A DNA stretch of 64,000 nucleotides from Azolla caroliniana. Its lineage: Eukaryota; Plantae; Polypodiophyta. Both the position numbers and the translations under genes were made by a program. The DNA is taken from assembly GCA_043228905.1 (NCBI GenBank), contig JBHGNT010000003.1, positions 21,390,001-21,454,000 on the forward strand, in the 5' to 3' direction. Below, in pieces: positions 47,091 to 61,068 of the stretch (position 1 is its first letter; every line of letters begins with the position of its first letter). Under the pieces are notes generated by a model. It searched no databases, was not told the DNA's origin, and saw only the letters and a program-made list of their open reading frames with translations.

Positions 47091-50000
47091 TCATTCCATT
47101 TTGTCATTTCTCTCCACAAAAACTAGCAATTCCTTCCATTTGCCTTTAAAGGATTGTTGTTTTAGAAAAATCATATCTTCATTACCCGTGAAGGAGTCAT
47201 ATTGACCTTTTAGAGTTGAGATAAGCATCAACCAGATTTCCTTCACACAATGAACAAGATTTTGCTTTATTTGTTGAAACACATTTTGGCATCGACCTAT
47301 CCAAATATTCCATAGAACCACCGACAATATCGTAGCCCATACTGTGGCATCCACATTCAACCGATTTGGGCTTGATTATGGTATGTCCTTAACTTGCCTT
47401 CTCCTAGTTTGAAGGGTAAACAATATCTTTTCCCTTTCATAATTATGTTTATCCACATTTACGTCCATCCAAAAGACATTTCCCCATGTAATCACATTAG
47501 GTCCACATGCAACATCAATGAGACGCAACATAAGTTTCCAAACATAGCATGCAACCATATAGTTCCATAAGGCATGTTGCACTGATTCCAAGTGAAGCCC
47601 ACAAAAAGAGCAAGTTTTGGTTCCCTCTTCCCTATGCATCCATTCAAAGACTGGAAGTGTATAGTGTACACACAACCATCTAAATGTAATGATTTTGCGA
47701 GGAATCTATAAAGTCCACAACCATTTCCAAAATGCCAATACAGAATGCATAGGCAAACTATTATTTAACCATACCTTAGCTGCAACCGGCATAACTAGAG
47801 TCCTCCTTCGTTGGAATTCCCTACCTAATTTTACCGAATAGTGAAAGAAAGAAACCATCTTACCATTAGCATCTCTCCACCACCATTCCGCTGGATCCCA
47901 CTCTAACTCCAATAAGGGTTTATTATCACAAACCCAAATATCCCATAATGGGTTTATTTTTTCAGGATGGGGATCAATAATACATACCTTCCCTAGTTTT
48001 GCAACCATCCTAATAGGTTTCCACTCCACTAAATTGAGAAGGTCATCTTCCATAGAGACCCGTTGCAATTTTCCATATGAAACTATTATAAATGCCCGGA
48101 AGGATTCATTAGACGTATAAGCTCTTACTCCAATCAAGATATTAAAAGAAGAGAATGCCCCTTACCATACATGGTTTGAATTAAATGAAGAGGGTAAAAT
48201 CCTATTACAAGCGTAACTTATCTCTTGGAACATTAAAGTACCACCTCTTATTGATTTTAAAACTTGTTCCTTAACATCCCTAGAGGATTGGTTAAAGTTT
48301 AACCAAGTACCAACATTACCCGCAAATGCCTCATCAACTACTGACCAATTTAATCTTGTCCTTCTTCCTAACATATTACCATAACCATCCTTTAAAATCA
48401 AGGGGTTCCAACAAATTGGTTGCCTTTTCCACTCGTTCTCCCATATAGGATGTTTATGCACAAGATTAGGCAACAAACATTTCCAAGCTCTTAATAAAGA
48501 CTTAAAAAATTTATATGAAGCAAAAATAGAAGTCAAAGGCATATCCTCGTGCACAAACCACCACCTCACATTTCGCTTCCAATGTCCACCTCTACATGGA
48601 ACCAATTCCTTCATACGTTCATGAAGTAACAATTTCCATGGTTCATTCCCTGGCATCATACTTCTCACAACAAATTTCCCAAGTAATGCTCTACATTGAA
48701 ACATTGGTTCTATCAACCCTAATCCTCCCTCATGAGGAGAAGATATTATTACCTTCCACGCAACTTTAGATTGTGTATTTGCATCAGATGCACCCCATAA
48801 GAAATTGTGGACAAGACTTTGTATCTGAGAGAGAATAGATCTTGAAAACAACCAAGATGAGAGGATATACCACATCGAAGACAGAAGCACTTGATTAGCA
48901 ATTACAATTCTTCCAGCCAACGATAGATGTCTCGAAGACCAGAACAACAATTTCCTCTTCAATGACATCAACAAAGGGGCAATAAGTTGATCATGAGTAA
49001 TATCAACACCAATTTGACAACCAAGATATCGTATTGACCTCCCATGTTGAAGCCATTGAAAATCCGTATGGGGCAACCAATGTGAAACTCCATTATTCTT
49101 CATTCTTATTCCAATGGATTTATTCCAATTTATTATAGCACCTGATAGCTCGCAAAATTCTTGCACCACACATTGAACATTACGCAAATTTTATTCCTCC
49201 CCATCCACATATAAAGATGTATCATCAACAAATTCAGTATCTAGCACTTGTTTGTTATCGACTCCCCATTGCAACCCTTTAATCCTTAAGGCATGATTAT
49301 TAAAATACACATGCAAAGCCTCAACTATTAATAAGTATATGCAAGGGGCCAATGGGCAACCTTGCCTAACCGACCTTGAAATAGAGAAGGGAGCATCAAC
49401 TTCTCCAGCCACATATACGGAACTAGATGCATTCTTAAACAAGGCTCTTACCGCAACTGCCCAAGCCATTGGAAATCCTAGGTATAACATAACTTCCTCG
49501 AGGAAAGACCAATCAACTCTATCGTATGCCTTTTCAAAATCCAACAATAGCACCACTAGGTCAACATCCTTCTCTTTTGCCAAAGCTGTAAGCTCCCAGA
49601 ACATGAAAATATTATAAAAAATAGAACACTCTTGCATAAAACCCATTTGTGATTTATGAATAATATCATTTAATAAAGGTTGCATCCGTAAAGCAAGGAC
49701 TTTAGTGTAGATCTTGTAGATAGTATTTAAAATAGTTATCGGCCGCCACTTCTTAATGTCAACTACTACCCCCCCCCCCCCCCCCCCCCTCCAATTTAGG
49801 AATAAAAAAAATTAACCCTGCATTCCATTGATAAGGCATATCACCCAAAGTAAAAACCTCTTGTAACGCTTCTAATACATTGATTCCAATGTGATCCCAA
49901 TAGCAAAGAAAAAATTCAAGAGGAAAACCATCAATGCCAGGACATCAATTCATTAGCCATAGAAAGATTAACTTTTTTCTTCATAACACACCATAATGTA

Positions 50001-51177
50001 GATCTTAAGGCCAATTGCTCATGCGTAAATGACTGCCTAGTTAGCAAGGACTTATAAAAGTCGGAGGCAATTCTCCTCATTTCAACATCATCTGATGTTA
50101 ATGATCCATTCTCCCTCTCTAATTGCCTAATTACATTCTTAGTACGACCAATTTTATTTACACAAAAAAAATCAGCATTAACCTTATCTGCTAGATGAGA
50201 CCATTTCGTTGAGGATGCACGAAATTTGTGTTGAGCTATAACATCCTCAAATTGTTGCATCTCAACATGTGTTTGATGCAATTGAGCTCCAACCCACAAA
50301 GCCTGTGGGTTCTTCTCCTGAAGTTTTTGATGAGCAACAATTGTCCTCCTAGAAGCTAACAACTTTTGTTTGGCCTCTTGTAATTGCAACAATGCTTTAT
50401 CCTTAAAAAATTCAGTAATTAAATACAAAGCTTTTTGCACCTTAGCAACTTTAGATAGTTGAACCCCCATCTCACAATTCCATATACCCAATACTTGACT
50501 TTTAAAAATATCATTCGAAAAGAAGGATACAGGAATTTTAGTAGAGAACCTTCTATTTTTTGTAATCTTAACCAACTTCAAAAGTACCAGAGCATGGTCA
50601 GAAAATAAAGAACCCCCAATAACCCAACATCTCCTCCAATATCACTAAAATAATCATCTACATATATCCTGTCTAACCGAGATAGATTAACTCCTAATTG
50701 ACGCCTATCCGATCTAGAATACTGTAATGAGTCACTAGGTCTATGAAATGAAGGGAGGTGCCAAGCATCTTGTATCCTCAACATGAAACATAATCTCTCC
50801 CATGACGCCAATTCACCACCTGTAAGAACAACATTAGAACCACCCACTCTATCCCCTACAACCTCAATCATATTAAAATCACCGCCCATGCACCAATGAT
50901 CAACATGTGGCAATAGTTGGACAATTTGTGTCCAAAAACCCTTACGAGCACCCCTATCATTTGGTGCATAAATGTTCAAGAAACCCCAAACAACATCATT
51001 AATTTTAAGGAGTAGATAATGGGCTCTTCCTTCTACCACTTGTTGGGAATGAAGAACAAATTATATCCATTTATCACTCAGAATCATACATACACGACAC
51101 CGATTGTCCATGTGCCGGAATCCAATAATATCTCCAATCACCACGAAGCATATTACCATAAGATTGTATTTTACTCG
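47091..51177 (-). pseudogene. LINE ORF2 (EN-RT-ZnF), fragmented
   Basis: ORF pieces 50578-51039, 49931-50581, 49191-49685, 48162-49187, 47706-48137, 47376-47675 and 47091-47360. Confidence 0.9.
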
Positions 51178-51615
51178 TGTTGCCGATTAGGAACACGGTC
51201 TGCGGTCAGTCCTTCGACCTAGACCTCCAAGTGGGTGTGGAACAACGAACATGTGTCTAAGCGTAATGCGTAGGGGAAGGTTCCCTGTAACCTATCAGCG
51301 TATAAGGGAGACGGCTACAACCGAATCCCTATCAAGGGTTACACTTACGTACTTAAACGCTTAGGTATTCAAGACACACAGTGAATTAGCCGTAGCTATA
51401 CACAGGAAATCAGAGAAGATAGAATTCTATTATGAGACGTTTCTTTACATTCCCAAAATTACACGCTCCCTCTATCAGAGGTTTTCTGCCCTTTATATAT
51501 GCAGGGTCTATTTAGCCGTTCACGCTTCCTGCGTGAACCGTTACATGCGTTCTGATCTTATATTATTTCTTATTTCTACGCTTTTGTCCGTCGGTTACTA
51601 TTCCGACAAACAACA
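51178..51615 (-). repeat. G2 3' LTR (438 bp)
   Basis: TGTTG...CAACA, pairs with 60629-61068. Confidence 0.95.
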
Positions 51616-51658
51616 CCTGGCACGCCTGTGGGACAGTGCCCTGGCACATCGGACCCAT
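51616..51658 (-). other. tRNA-Arg 3'-half-like structured element at the PPT position of G2
   Basis: Minus strand reads ATGGG-TCCGA-T-GTGCC-AG-GGCAC-T-GT-CCCAC-AGGCGTG-CCA-GG, then LTR TGTTG. Confidence 0.75.
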
Positions 51659-51662
51659 CCCG

Positions 51663-54600
51663 TTAATCCTCTTCCAAAATGGCCCGGATGTTTGGCTCTG
51701 CTGCGGTGTCCGCGGTCGGAGGTGATGTAGGGCCCGTAGGTGCATCTTGGTGTGGCTCCTTTGTTTGGTTGGGGTGGTTTCTCCCGGAGTCGCAGTCGCC
51801 GTGTGTGGGCGGTCCGAGTACGGTGGGCTCTTCTTGAGCTACTGGGATGGGCTCCGTCGTTGTCGTGCTTGCAGTTGGCTGTGGCTCTGCCTCCATTGTT
51901 ACGTCCTCCGTGGTGTCAGCCGTTTTTGTACGTTCCGGGGAGTGGGGCGGAGATTCCACCTGGCTTGCACCGTTCTCCGTGTGGTCTGATGATAGCGTGG
52001 GCTCGTGCGGATGAACCTCTTTTTGTGCAGTGGTTTCGCTGTCTGGTCCTGTGGGGAACTCCGCTCGTCGGTCCCCGCTATTCTCCGTCGTTCTCATTTC
52101 TGGTGATAGGGCCTGAGGTTCCTCTTCTTCGGCCGTGCCCGGAATTGGCGTCGTGCTGGATTCCTCGTTTGTGCGCATGTTGTTGGCTTGTGTGATCTGG
52201 TGAAATAGCTCCTCCTGGCTTTCACCAAAATCATCTAAGAGCTGCGTGAGTTCTTCGGAGTGTTGGTCCGCTAGCGCACGATAGTCTTGCGCTAGGTCCT
52301 CTCGTATGGCCGCAATGCTCTCCTCATTTAGTTTATAGAAACCTCGACCGTCTTTTCGCCGGTTCTCCCAGTCCGCACGATACGCGTGCAATTCCGCTGC
52401 TTGGGTTGCCCACGCCATCCATCCTTTGTCCAACGCCGTTTTCAATTGGGTTGTGTGCGTCCTCCATCGACTTCTGAAGATTTGCAATTTCTTGCTGCCT
52501 AACCGCTGCCGCTTCTTCGTACGTGGTCTTCAGGCCCGCCCACAACTTGCATGTTGTTCTTCTAATTTCCCCATTTCATTGTTTAGGCGGATTTCGAGCT
52601 GATGCCTTCTGTCTTGTTCGACCACCAACTGCTTGTCGAACCATACCTTCTTTTTTTCTAATAAGGCCCGGAGTCCCGCGATTGCCGCCTCCGATTTCTT
52701 CGCGTCCTCCCGTAATTGGGCGTTGTTGTCTTTTGTCCGGATGTGTTGTCCTACCTCCATAGTGAGTTTCTCTTCCAGGGTTTTTACTGCTTTCCGGCCG
52801 TTAGCTCGTATCTCCTTTTCTCTGTCTGAGGATTGGCGTAGTTCCGCTCGAAGGCGGTCAGTTTCTGATTCTGCTAGTTGCACGGCCCTTTTCGCTTTTG
52901 AGGCGAAGGCGGTCTGAGCCTCAATTTCTTCCTTTAAAGTGTCGATGGCTTGGTTTGGTGGCGGAGTTGCGTGTTGCGCCGTAGCCGCGTGAGCTTCCAA
53001 GTCCGCGATGCGTTCGTTGGCTTTTTGTAGTTCGACTTGAGTCAGTTTCACCTTCTTCCAGACATTCTTATTTTTTATGGCCATCTTCTTGGCGCCCGTG
53101 CTGACCTTTGCCAGTTCCCGATGGACTTCAACAAGGGCCGTGTTTAATGGGGGTATCTCCATCCCCAAGCGGCGTACCCCGGCGCTTCTCTGTCTGCCGA
53201 CCCTGGCTAACCGGTCCTCATCGTCGCTCTTCGTGGTTTGTGTTAGGGTGTGCTCAATCATCTGGCATTTCGCATGCTCTTCGGCCATTCATTGGGCGGC
53301 TTTTACCTGCTGTGTTGCCAGGAACTCCATGAGCTCAAAAGAAGTGTCGAACTGTAAGAGGGCGCTGAACGCATGGGCCATATCCGGGATATCCGGATAT
53401 GCCAAAACCTCGCTTTCCGCCGTCAATACGGCTTTCCCTCATTGGGACTGGGTCGTAATGATCGGCTGTGGCTCCCGGATAATTTCGAAGGTGGTATTAG
53501 GTCCCGTAGCTGCGGAGCCATCGCCTTCGGTCGGTGTTTTTGTTGCCGTGGAAACGTTTTTGACCAACCCCCGCCCATCCTTCTTGTCCAATCTACGCTG
53601 TTTCGGTCTAGGGCTATCCTGCCATTGTCGTGAAGATTTCCGGCCACGGTGTGAAACCGGGATAGAAAGGGTGAATCGGTGGTGTGCAACATGTGCACAT
53701 GCACTTGTATATTTGTGTAATAAGAATAAGATAGCCAAAATGTAAGGGAAGGGTAATAATCTAAGGTGCCAAAGGGGCACCACAGAATTCGTGGAGAGTA
53801 AATGTGATGTGCACTTGTAGACTAGGGAGAGGTACATAAGGAACAAGAGTGTAGGAGTGATGGGCATTGAATAGGACGGCTAGGTGAGTGAGAGTTATGG
53901 CTGACGGTCTCAAGATCGAGATCAAATATTCTCCTTTGAAAAGGAGAAGGGGGAATTTGACCACTCATCTTGTATTGGGCCTCACCCTTTACATTTATAA
54001 ATGGGAGTGAGGGGTCACATTTGAAGGGGTTGCCTAATTTTGAGTGTGAGTGAGGTATACCACTTAGTCTAGGGTTCTCCTTCTTCCCATTTCGTTTTAG
54101 GGTTAGGGTTCGCATAGGGTTTTCTTATTCTTCTTCTTCCAACTAATTCTCTTACGGTTTCATATATTGTGGGGGGGGTGCGGCCATTGCGGCGACGATT
54201 ATTGTAATCATTCATTTCTTAATAGAACTTCTTGTTGAGTATCTTGACTCCATCTTCTTCTTCTTCTTCTATCATAATGTCATATTCGTTCTCTTCTCCT
54301 CTTGAGCTAATCTTCCATTTGTTGTCTTAACCTTTCTCCTCTTCTCCTTAGTCCAAGACCCCCGTGGTCCCACTTAGGATCTACACGTACTTGCGAAACT
54401 TCGCGACACCGTGTTTCGGTGTCTGGCTTTGGGGCTGCATCCATGGAATGTGCCGGTTGTTCCTCCTGCGTTGTTCGTGTGTCCAACTGGTCGGTAGGTG
54501 GTGTTGTCCTTGGGTCACGCTAGGCAGTTTGGGGTTCCTCTTCCCACTCTAGGGCCGATAACTCTACTAACCTGCGCTTTGCGGATCGGGGCGGGGGCGT

Positions 54601-55143
54601 GGGCCGGCTGGGCTGCGGTGCCGGCAAGCCGCGGGGTGGAAATAGTACCGTAAGGTGCTGTTATATGATCGGCCTGAGCTTTTTGCCTGCCTGGTACGCA
54701 TGCAGGTCTTCCCTTAACGCCGGCCCTGTGATGACCCCCCAATCTACCGCGCGCCCCTGAAAGGTATCGATAATGATGCCTGCCTTCTGGTTAGGCATCC
54801 CATATGCGTTGACATGTACGCAACCAACTTCTAGCAGGAACTTGGTCACTTCACGGAAGAAGGGATCCAGTATCTGCTTGGTTCTATAGGCCTTGGCGGA
54901 GGAGGAATATGGCCCGAAATATCGCTACAGCGCCTCTGCAGGAGGGATGTCGAATTGCCTTTCGACTAGCGATGACAGGTCCAACTTCTTCTGGATGGAG
55001 GAGTTGGTAACCGTGTCGATGTTAAGCTTCCTGGCGATGTCCATGGCATCCGGGTGTGGGGGTGCTTTTGCAACCCGGATGTACCCGTCCAAGTGTTTCT
55101 CCACGATCCATCGGCGTAAGGCAGTAGAGATGAAGATCGTCAT
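51663..55143 (-). pseudogene. G2 3' accessory ORF, broken and interrupted by a solo LTR
   Basis: Homologous to G1 21268-24299 and ends IRAILEED*. Confidence 0.85.
53626..54408. mobile_element. 783-bp insertion, probable solo LTR, with a 4-bp TSD
   Basis: Termini TGTCGTGAAGATTTC...GAAACTTCGCGACA. Flanks CCAT/CCGT. Removing it plus 4 bp restores the frame KPDTETRQDSPRPK. Confidence 0.75.
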
Positions 55144-55470
55144 CGCTAGAGGAGGTTCATGGGAAGGAGACTCGTGGTTGCGGTGGGCTGTAGCTGTGTG
55201 ATAAGATGGAGGAGAAGGTGAGGGGGAGGAGCGATGGAAGCGCTGATAGCTAGAAGATGAGTTTTTGTTTTGTGTAGAAAATCTTCTGTTTCCTTCTTCT
55301 TGTGGCTTAGGGTTCATTGGGCGGTGAGCCATCGTGGTGCCGCGTTTTCTTGGACTAGTAGTTTGTGTATGTCTTTAGTCGTTTTAATAGTCGCTATCTT
55401 CTCTTCTTTTTTATCCGTAACGGTTATCTACAACCTATTTTTACATTATGGTACAAGTGGGGCCGCTCAT

Positions 55471-58400
55471 TTACGGTGCGGGTTCTCTGGCTCTATCCTG
55501 GTCGGTGGTGAATGGGTTCGGTGGCGTAGGGCCCAGGTAAGGTTTAAGCCGAAACCCATTCACCTTTTGCCGGACTACTTCCCCGGCCAGTGTACCTAGT
55601 TGGAACGTGCCTTGTTCCGCTCCAATTATCCAGTATGGGCCAGTCCAACGGAATCGTAACTTCCCCGGCATATGGCCCATGTGAGTTTGGAAAACCAGCA
55701 CTGCTCGACCCACGACGAACGCCTTTTCCCTTGCGTTCCAATGTCGATCCACAAACGCTTTACGCCGTCGCTGTTCCTGCTCCAACAAAACCATGGTGTG
55801 GACACGTTTTCCCCCTAGTTCGAGGAGTTGGTAGAGCCGTACCTCCTCCTACTTGGCTTCTGATAGTCGGTTCCGTACTTGAATTCGCAAACTAGGTACC
55901 TGAAATTCGACTGGCATCATAGCCTCCAGCCCAAACACTAGTTGAAACGGTGTTGACTGTATGCTTGTTTTGTAGGTAGTTCTGTACGCCCATAATGAAC
56001 TCTGTAGTTTGGTATCCCAGTCTGTTCTATTTTCATTGACGATTTTCTTCAAAATAGTCTGTAACGTCTTGTTGGTGGATTCTGCTAATCCATTCGCCTG
56101 CGGATAATATGGCGTGCTCTTCTTATGGACTACGACATAATGATGTGTTAGTTCCCGAACCACCGTATTGAGAAAGTGACTCCCCTGGTCACTGATGAGC
56201 TCAATCGGACAGCCGAACCGGCACCATATGTGCTCGTAAAGGAATCTGGTTGTGACGGCCGCCGTATTTTCACGTAGTGCCTTTGCTTCTACCCATTTGG
56301 TGCAGTAATACGTGGCTACCAATATGTATTTATTGCTCGTACGGGCCGCCACTGGTGTGAAGGGCCCCACAAAATCCAATCCCCACTTTTGGAAGGGGTC
56401 TAATGGTAATACGAGCTGGTGTGGCATCCTTGTGCCCTCTGCGGGCTAACCCATCCGTTGACACAAATCACATTTTCTACAATACTCGGATGCGTCCTTC
56501 TGCGTTGTTGGCCACCATAAGCCCGCCTGCCATACTTTCCGGGTTGTAACGTCGCCCATGTAATGGCCACCTACCGTGCCGCAGTGTGCCTCCCGTAAAA
56601 CTGCTTCCTTCTCATCCTAATGTACCCCACGTCGCCAAATGCCATCACTTCCTTTGTGATATAAAATGCCTTCGACGAGGCAGAAGTCACGGCTTCGGAC
56701 GGCTAGTCGTTTCTTCTCGTTCGTGCATAATTGTGGTGGAGGCAGTTCCGTAAGTAAAAAGTACGTCATTTCCATAAGCCACCAATTCGGAAAGGTCGAT
56801 TTCATTCTTTCTGCTAGTGTCGCTACCCGCAGGATGTCGGCGTTCGGAAAATCGTCGTCATCTTTCTGTAATGTTTCTCCATTCTCGAGTCTGCTCAAAA
56901 AATCCGCCACTGCGTTTTGCGTCCCTGGTTAGTGCTGGATTACGAAATCGAATTCTTGGAGCAGCAACATCCACCGCGCCAATTTCCCTATCACGGCTTG
57001 TTTCTCCACTAAATACAGAAGTGTCGAATGATCCACGTGGAATGTGAATTTCCTTCCTAATAAATAGAGCCGGAATTTATTGATGCTATAGATCATCCCT
57101 AGTGCCTCCCGCTCCGTTGTGGAGTAGTTACGCTCTGTTGTTGATAATTTGCGACTAGCGTAGTATACTGGCCAATACCAACTTGGTTCGGTGAGTTGCA
57201 TTAGTGCACTTCCTATTGCTATGTCCGAGGTGTCGACGAACACGTGGAGTGGCTTCGCCCAAACTGGTGGTTGTACGACGGGAGCCTATGTGAGCATTAT
57301 CTTAAGTGCCTTGTAGGCCTTATCCTCCGTTGCAGTCCATTGGAAAGGAGTCCGATGTACGGCAATGTGTAACGGCGTGGCGAAGTCCGCCAAATACCGT
57401 ATCATCCGACTATGCCACCGTATTTGTCTCAAAAACCAGCTGAGTGATTTGGATTTTGTCGGAGTGTTGGCTTGCGTAATCGCGGAGATTTTGTTCGGGT
57501 CAACCGCTATTCCCTCCTTGCTGACTATATGGCCCAAGAGAGTCCCGCTGGTCACGCCAAAAGCACATTTTGCGGGATTCAGGCTTAAGCGTGCGGTGCG
57601 GCAATGTTTCAGGCACAGTTGTAAGTGCGAAAAATGGTCTATTGTTCTCCCATATACCGCAAAGTCGTCTAAAGAAACTTGCATGAACGTCGGAATGTAT
57701 TCCCTAAAGATCTCTGTAATTGTCCGTTGAAATGTTGTCGGCGCCGTCTTTAGCCCGAACATCATGACGACTGCCACATAGACTCCCCAGTCCGTGACAA
57801 ATGCCATTTTTTCTTGGTTGTCGGGATGCATGCGTACCTGGTTATAGCCACTGAAGCCATCTAAAAAACTGTACATCTCATGGCCTGCGACGGCATCTAG
57901 TATGCTATCGGTGAAGGGTAAGGGAAATGCGTCCGTAATGGTGACGACGTTTAATTTTCGGTAATCTACACATACCCGTATTTTGCCGTTTTTCTTTGGA
58001 ACGACCACTATCGGGCTTAACCATGTCGCTTGTTTAACTGGTCGTATGAACCCCGCCTTTAGGAGCTTGTCAATTTCTTCTTTCACGCGGGTCGCGTAGT
58101 TCGGGTTCATGCGGTAGCAGCGCTGCTAGACGGGTTTCACGTCGGTTGCTAAATTGATCTTATGCTGATAGAACTTGGGATCTAACCCCTTTATGTCCTC
58201 GTGCGCCCAAGCGAACACATCCTTATATTCCGTAAGTAGTGCGATCATCGTTTTTCGCTGGTCCGGCCTTAATTCCTTTGCGATGGAGAGGAAACGAGGC
58301 TCCGATTTCGTACCCATATTTACTTCTTCGAGGGCGGAAGCGGTGACTCGTCGAGAAATCTACATTTCGCTTTCGAATGCTGCCCGTGCTCTGCTGAGTT

Positions 58401-60574
58401 CCAATATGCACTCTGGGTTTGGTTCGTAAGGCTCGTCGTGGAGAACAGTGGTCGTGGCATATTTTGTCGCGGTTGCGATGACGTCTATTTCAAACAACGG
58501 AATAATCCGAGGGTGCTCGTCGAGGTATGCCTCCAATTCTGCATCCTCCACCCCAGCCAACATATTTATATCTTCTGCGTATAATGGTGTTATACCCTTC
58601 AATTGTGGTGTGCTTCCTTCCGTAGATACGCGAACCTTGGTGCGTCCGTGTCAGAAACTAATACACTTGTGTTGCCAGCTCTGCTTGATATTTGCTACCC
58701 AAAGCCATGGTCTGCCCAGAAGCACTGGGTACGCCCCTGGGGCATCCAAGGCAAGGACGACCGCCGAGATGTCGAATCGGTGTCTGCCCACAATAATGCT
58801 GATTTTGTGAATTAACCCTAATGGTCGTACTGAGCGGGTATCTGCCATTCGGAGCCAGAATGGGCAAGCCTCCCATTCTGAAATGCCTAACTGCTCGCAA
58901 GTTTTCGCGCTAATTACATTGACGCTTGAGCCGCCGTCGATTACACATCCATCAATTTCTTGTCTGTGTAATATTAATGTAATACCCGGGTTGTGTTGAT
59001 CCACTACCGGCGGTCCACAGTTGATGTCTGTAAGGTTTGTAGCGATACTCACCCTGGGTATGCCTGTCACCTGTTCTTCCATGGTCTGGCGGAAGCGTGG
59101 GACGAGCTGCAGCAGTTTCTCCATGGTTAACATTATTTCACAGCCCGCTAACACCTGCCAAATGGGGTTTGGGACCGGTCTTTCGTCCTCTGCTCGCTCC
59201 ATTGTGTTCGCGGACTCCTTCCGCATACGTTCCGTATTTGTCGCATTTGCTTTTTCCACCCACGCTTGGGCTTGTCGGCGTACCTCGTCTTGCGCAGCCC
59301 AATCAGCCGTCTTTGTTTGCTGGCGTGTCGTGACTTGCTGCACCTCCGCCGTAATCGTATTGACAGCGGGCCCTTTTCCCTTGCGTGCTTGGCATTGCGT
59401 GGCATAATGTCCGGGTTGCTGACAAATAAAACAATGGATGCTTGATTCACCCTTCTCGGCTCCTGGAGGTGTGTGCCGCTCCCCTGGTGCTACTTGCTCC
59501 TCACGGTCCGGCCTCGTTTGTCGGAACATACGCGGTGGCTGTTGTTGGTCCCGTCGTTGTTCCTGGTGCTGCTCATCCCCCGAGCTTTCGTCGTAATGCC
59601 AGTGATCCCAATATTGTCGTGGTTTACCACGATAACCATTGAAGCTGCCTCGTTGTCGTTGATTCTCGTAGCGCTGACCCCCTTTGGCGTAACTCGGATG
59701 TCCACGATAATCCTCGTCCTCTGGGTCGTCCTCCTTGGAATCGTTGTGATTTCGACGATTCCGGTGGTAGCGGTCCTCCCGTGGGTTGCGATCCTTATAC
59801 CGGGGTCCGGCGTGGTTGACGTTGTGTGTCCATGCTGCGGACTGCGGGAGTGGCTCTGTTTAACATATTGTACTCGCTTTGGTCGACTGTGTGAGCCTTC
59901 GAGTGGCAGATTGGGCAGTGGATTCACATATTGCAGTCCACTGCGGAATGCCCCGAGTTCAATCAAATCGTGCACTGGATTGCTTGACGAAATTGGCGTT
60001 CCTCATCCTGAGGTAACGCTTGTTGTAAAGAGGACATAGAAAACCTTTCCTCCTTGTCATCCAACTCGAGCTGTAATGCTCGTTCAATTACCATATCCGT
60101 TGTTTCCCCTTTCACGCTATTGTTGTTGAGTGTTGCCCGGATGGGCCGGCGTAAAGCTACTAGAAATGTTTCCCGAGCCTCGTCTTTTGCGGGGCTCTGT
60201 TCCAGTTTTCGTCGTAAATTTTGGAAGCGTAAGCTGAAGTCTGCTATCGTCTTTGTCGCCAGTTGCGTAATCGTATAAAACATGCGAATATGCGTTGCGG
60301 TGTCGGTTTCGCCGGTAAAATGGGGGTAGGCAAAGGCCATGGTGGGGGCTACAGCGGGTCAGGAAAGACCACCGGGTGGCTGTGGTGAGCGTAGTCCCCG
60401 CGTCTCGTCGAGGTATTTGGAGAGCGAAGAATCACCTTTGTACTCACGGCAGGTAGTACTGAGGTTGCTGAGGCGCGGCTTTTGCCGTGCACGTTCTTCT
60501 GCCTGGCGTGTGATGGACCTTGTTATTCGCCGATCTTCTAGTGTTGGTTCTTTGGGTCGTCTACGGCTAAGCAT
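55471..60574 (-). pseudogene. G2 gag-pol
   Basis: CFICQQPGHYATQC, VIDGGSSVN, RT 57286-58110, RH 56929-57243, INT 55849-56427, WTGPYWI...VNGFRLKPY. Confidence 0.93.
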
Positions 60575-60610
60575 CCATTCGTTGTTGCTGGTCTGTGAGA
60601 AAACACAGAT

Positions 60611-60624
60611 CACCAAGCGTGCCA
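60611..60624 (-). promoter_or_regulatory. G2 PBS, tRNA-Arg type (TGGCACGCTTGGTG)
   Basis: 4 nt after the 5' LTR end and homologous to the G1 PBS. Confidence 0.78.
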
Positions 60625-60628
60625 AAAG

Positions 60629-61068
60629 TGTTGCCGATTAGGAACACGGTCCGCGGTCAGTCCTTCGACCTAGACCTCCAAGTGGGTGTGGAACAACGAA
60701 CATGTGTCTAAGCGTAATGCGTAGGGGAAGGTTCCCTGTAACCTATCAACGTATAAGGGAGACGGCTACAACCGAATCCCTATCAAGGGTTACACTTACG
60801 TACTTAAACGCTTAGGTATTCAAGACACACACAGTGAATTAGCCGTAGCTATACACAGGAAATCAGAGAAGATAGAATTCTATTATGAGACGTTTCTTTA
60901 CATTCCCAAAATTACACGCTCCCTCTATCAGAGGTTTTCTGCCCTTTATATATGCAGGGTCTATTTAGCCGTTCATGCTTCCTGCGTGAACCGTTACATG
61001 CGTTATGATCTTATATTATTTCTTATTCCTACGCTTTTGTCCGTCGGTTACTATTCCGGTGGACAACA
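60629..61068 (-). repeat. G2 5' LTR (440 bp)
   Basis: Pairs with 51178-51615 with a few substitutions and one 2-bp indel. Confidence 0.95.

Larger units (their letters stand above)
51178..61068 (-). mobile_element. Ty3/gypsy non-chromovirus element G2, same lineage as G1 but a different family
   Basis: TSD ACTCG at 51173-51177 and 61069-61073. LTRs at 51178-51615 and 60629-61068. gag-PR-RT-RH-INT plus an accessory ORF. Confidence 0.96.

Noticed and set aside
51606-51609. 4-nt block difference near the U3 end of the G2 LTRs (TTGT versus CCAC)
   Set aside because: All four changes are transitions, explainable by independent methyl-cytosine decay of an ancestral CCGC. No special mechanism is needed.
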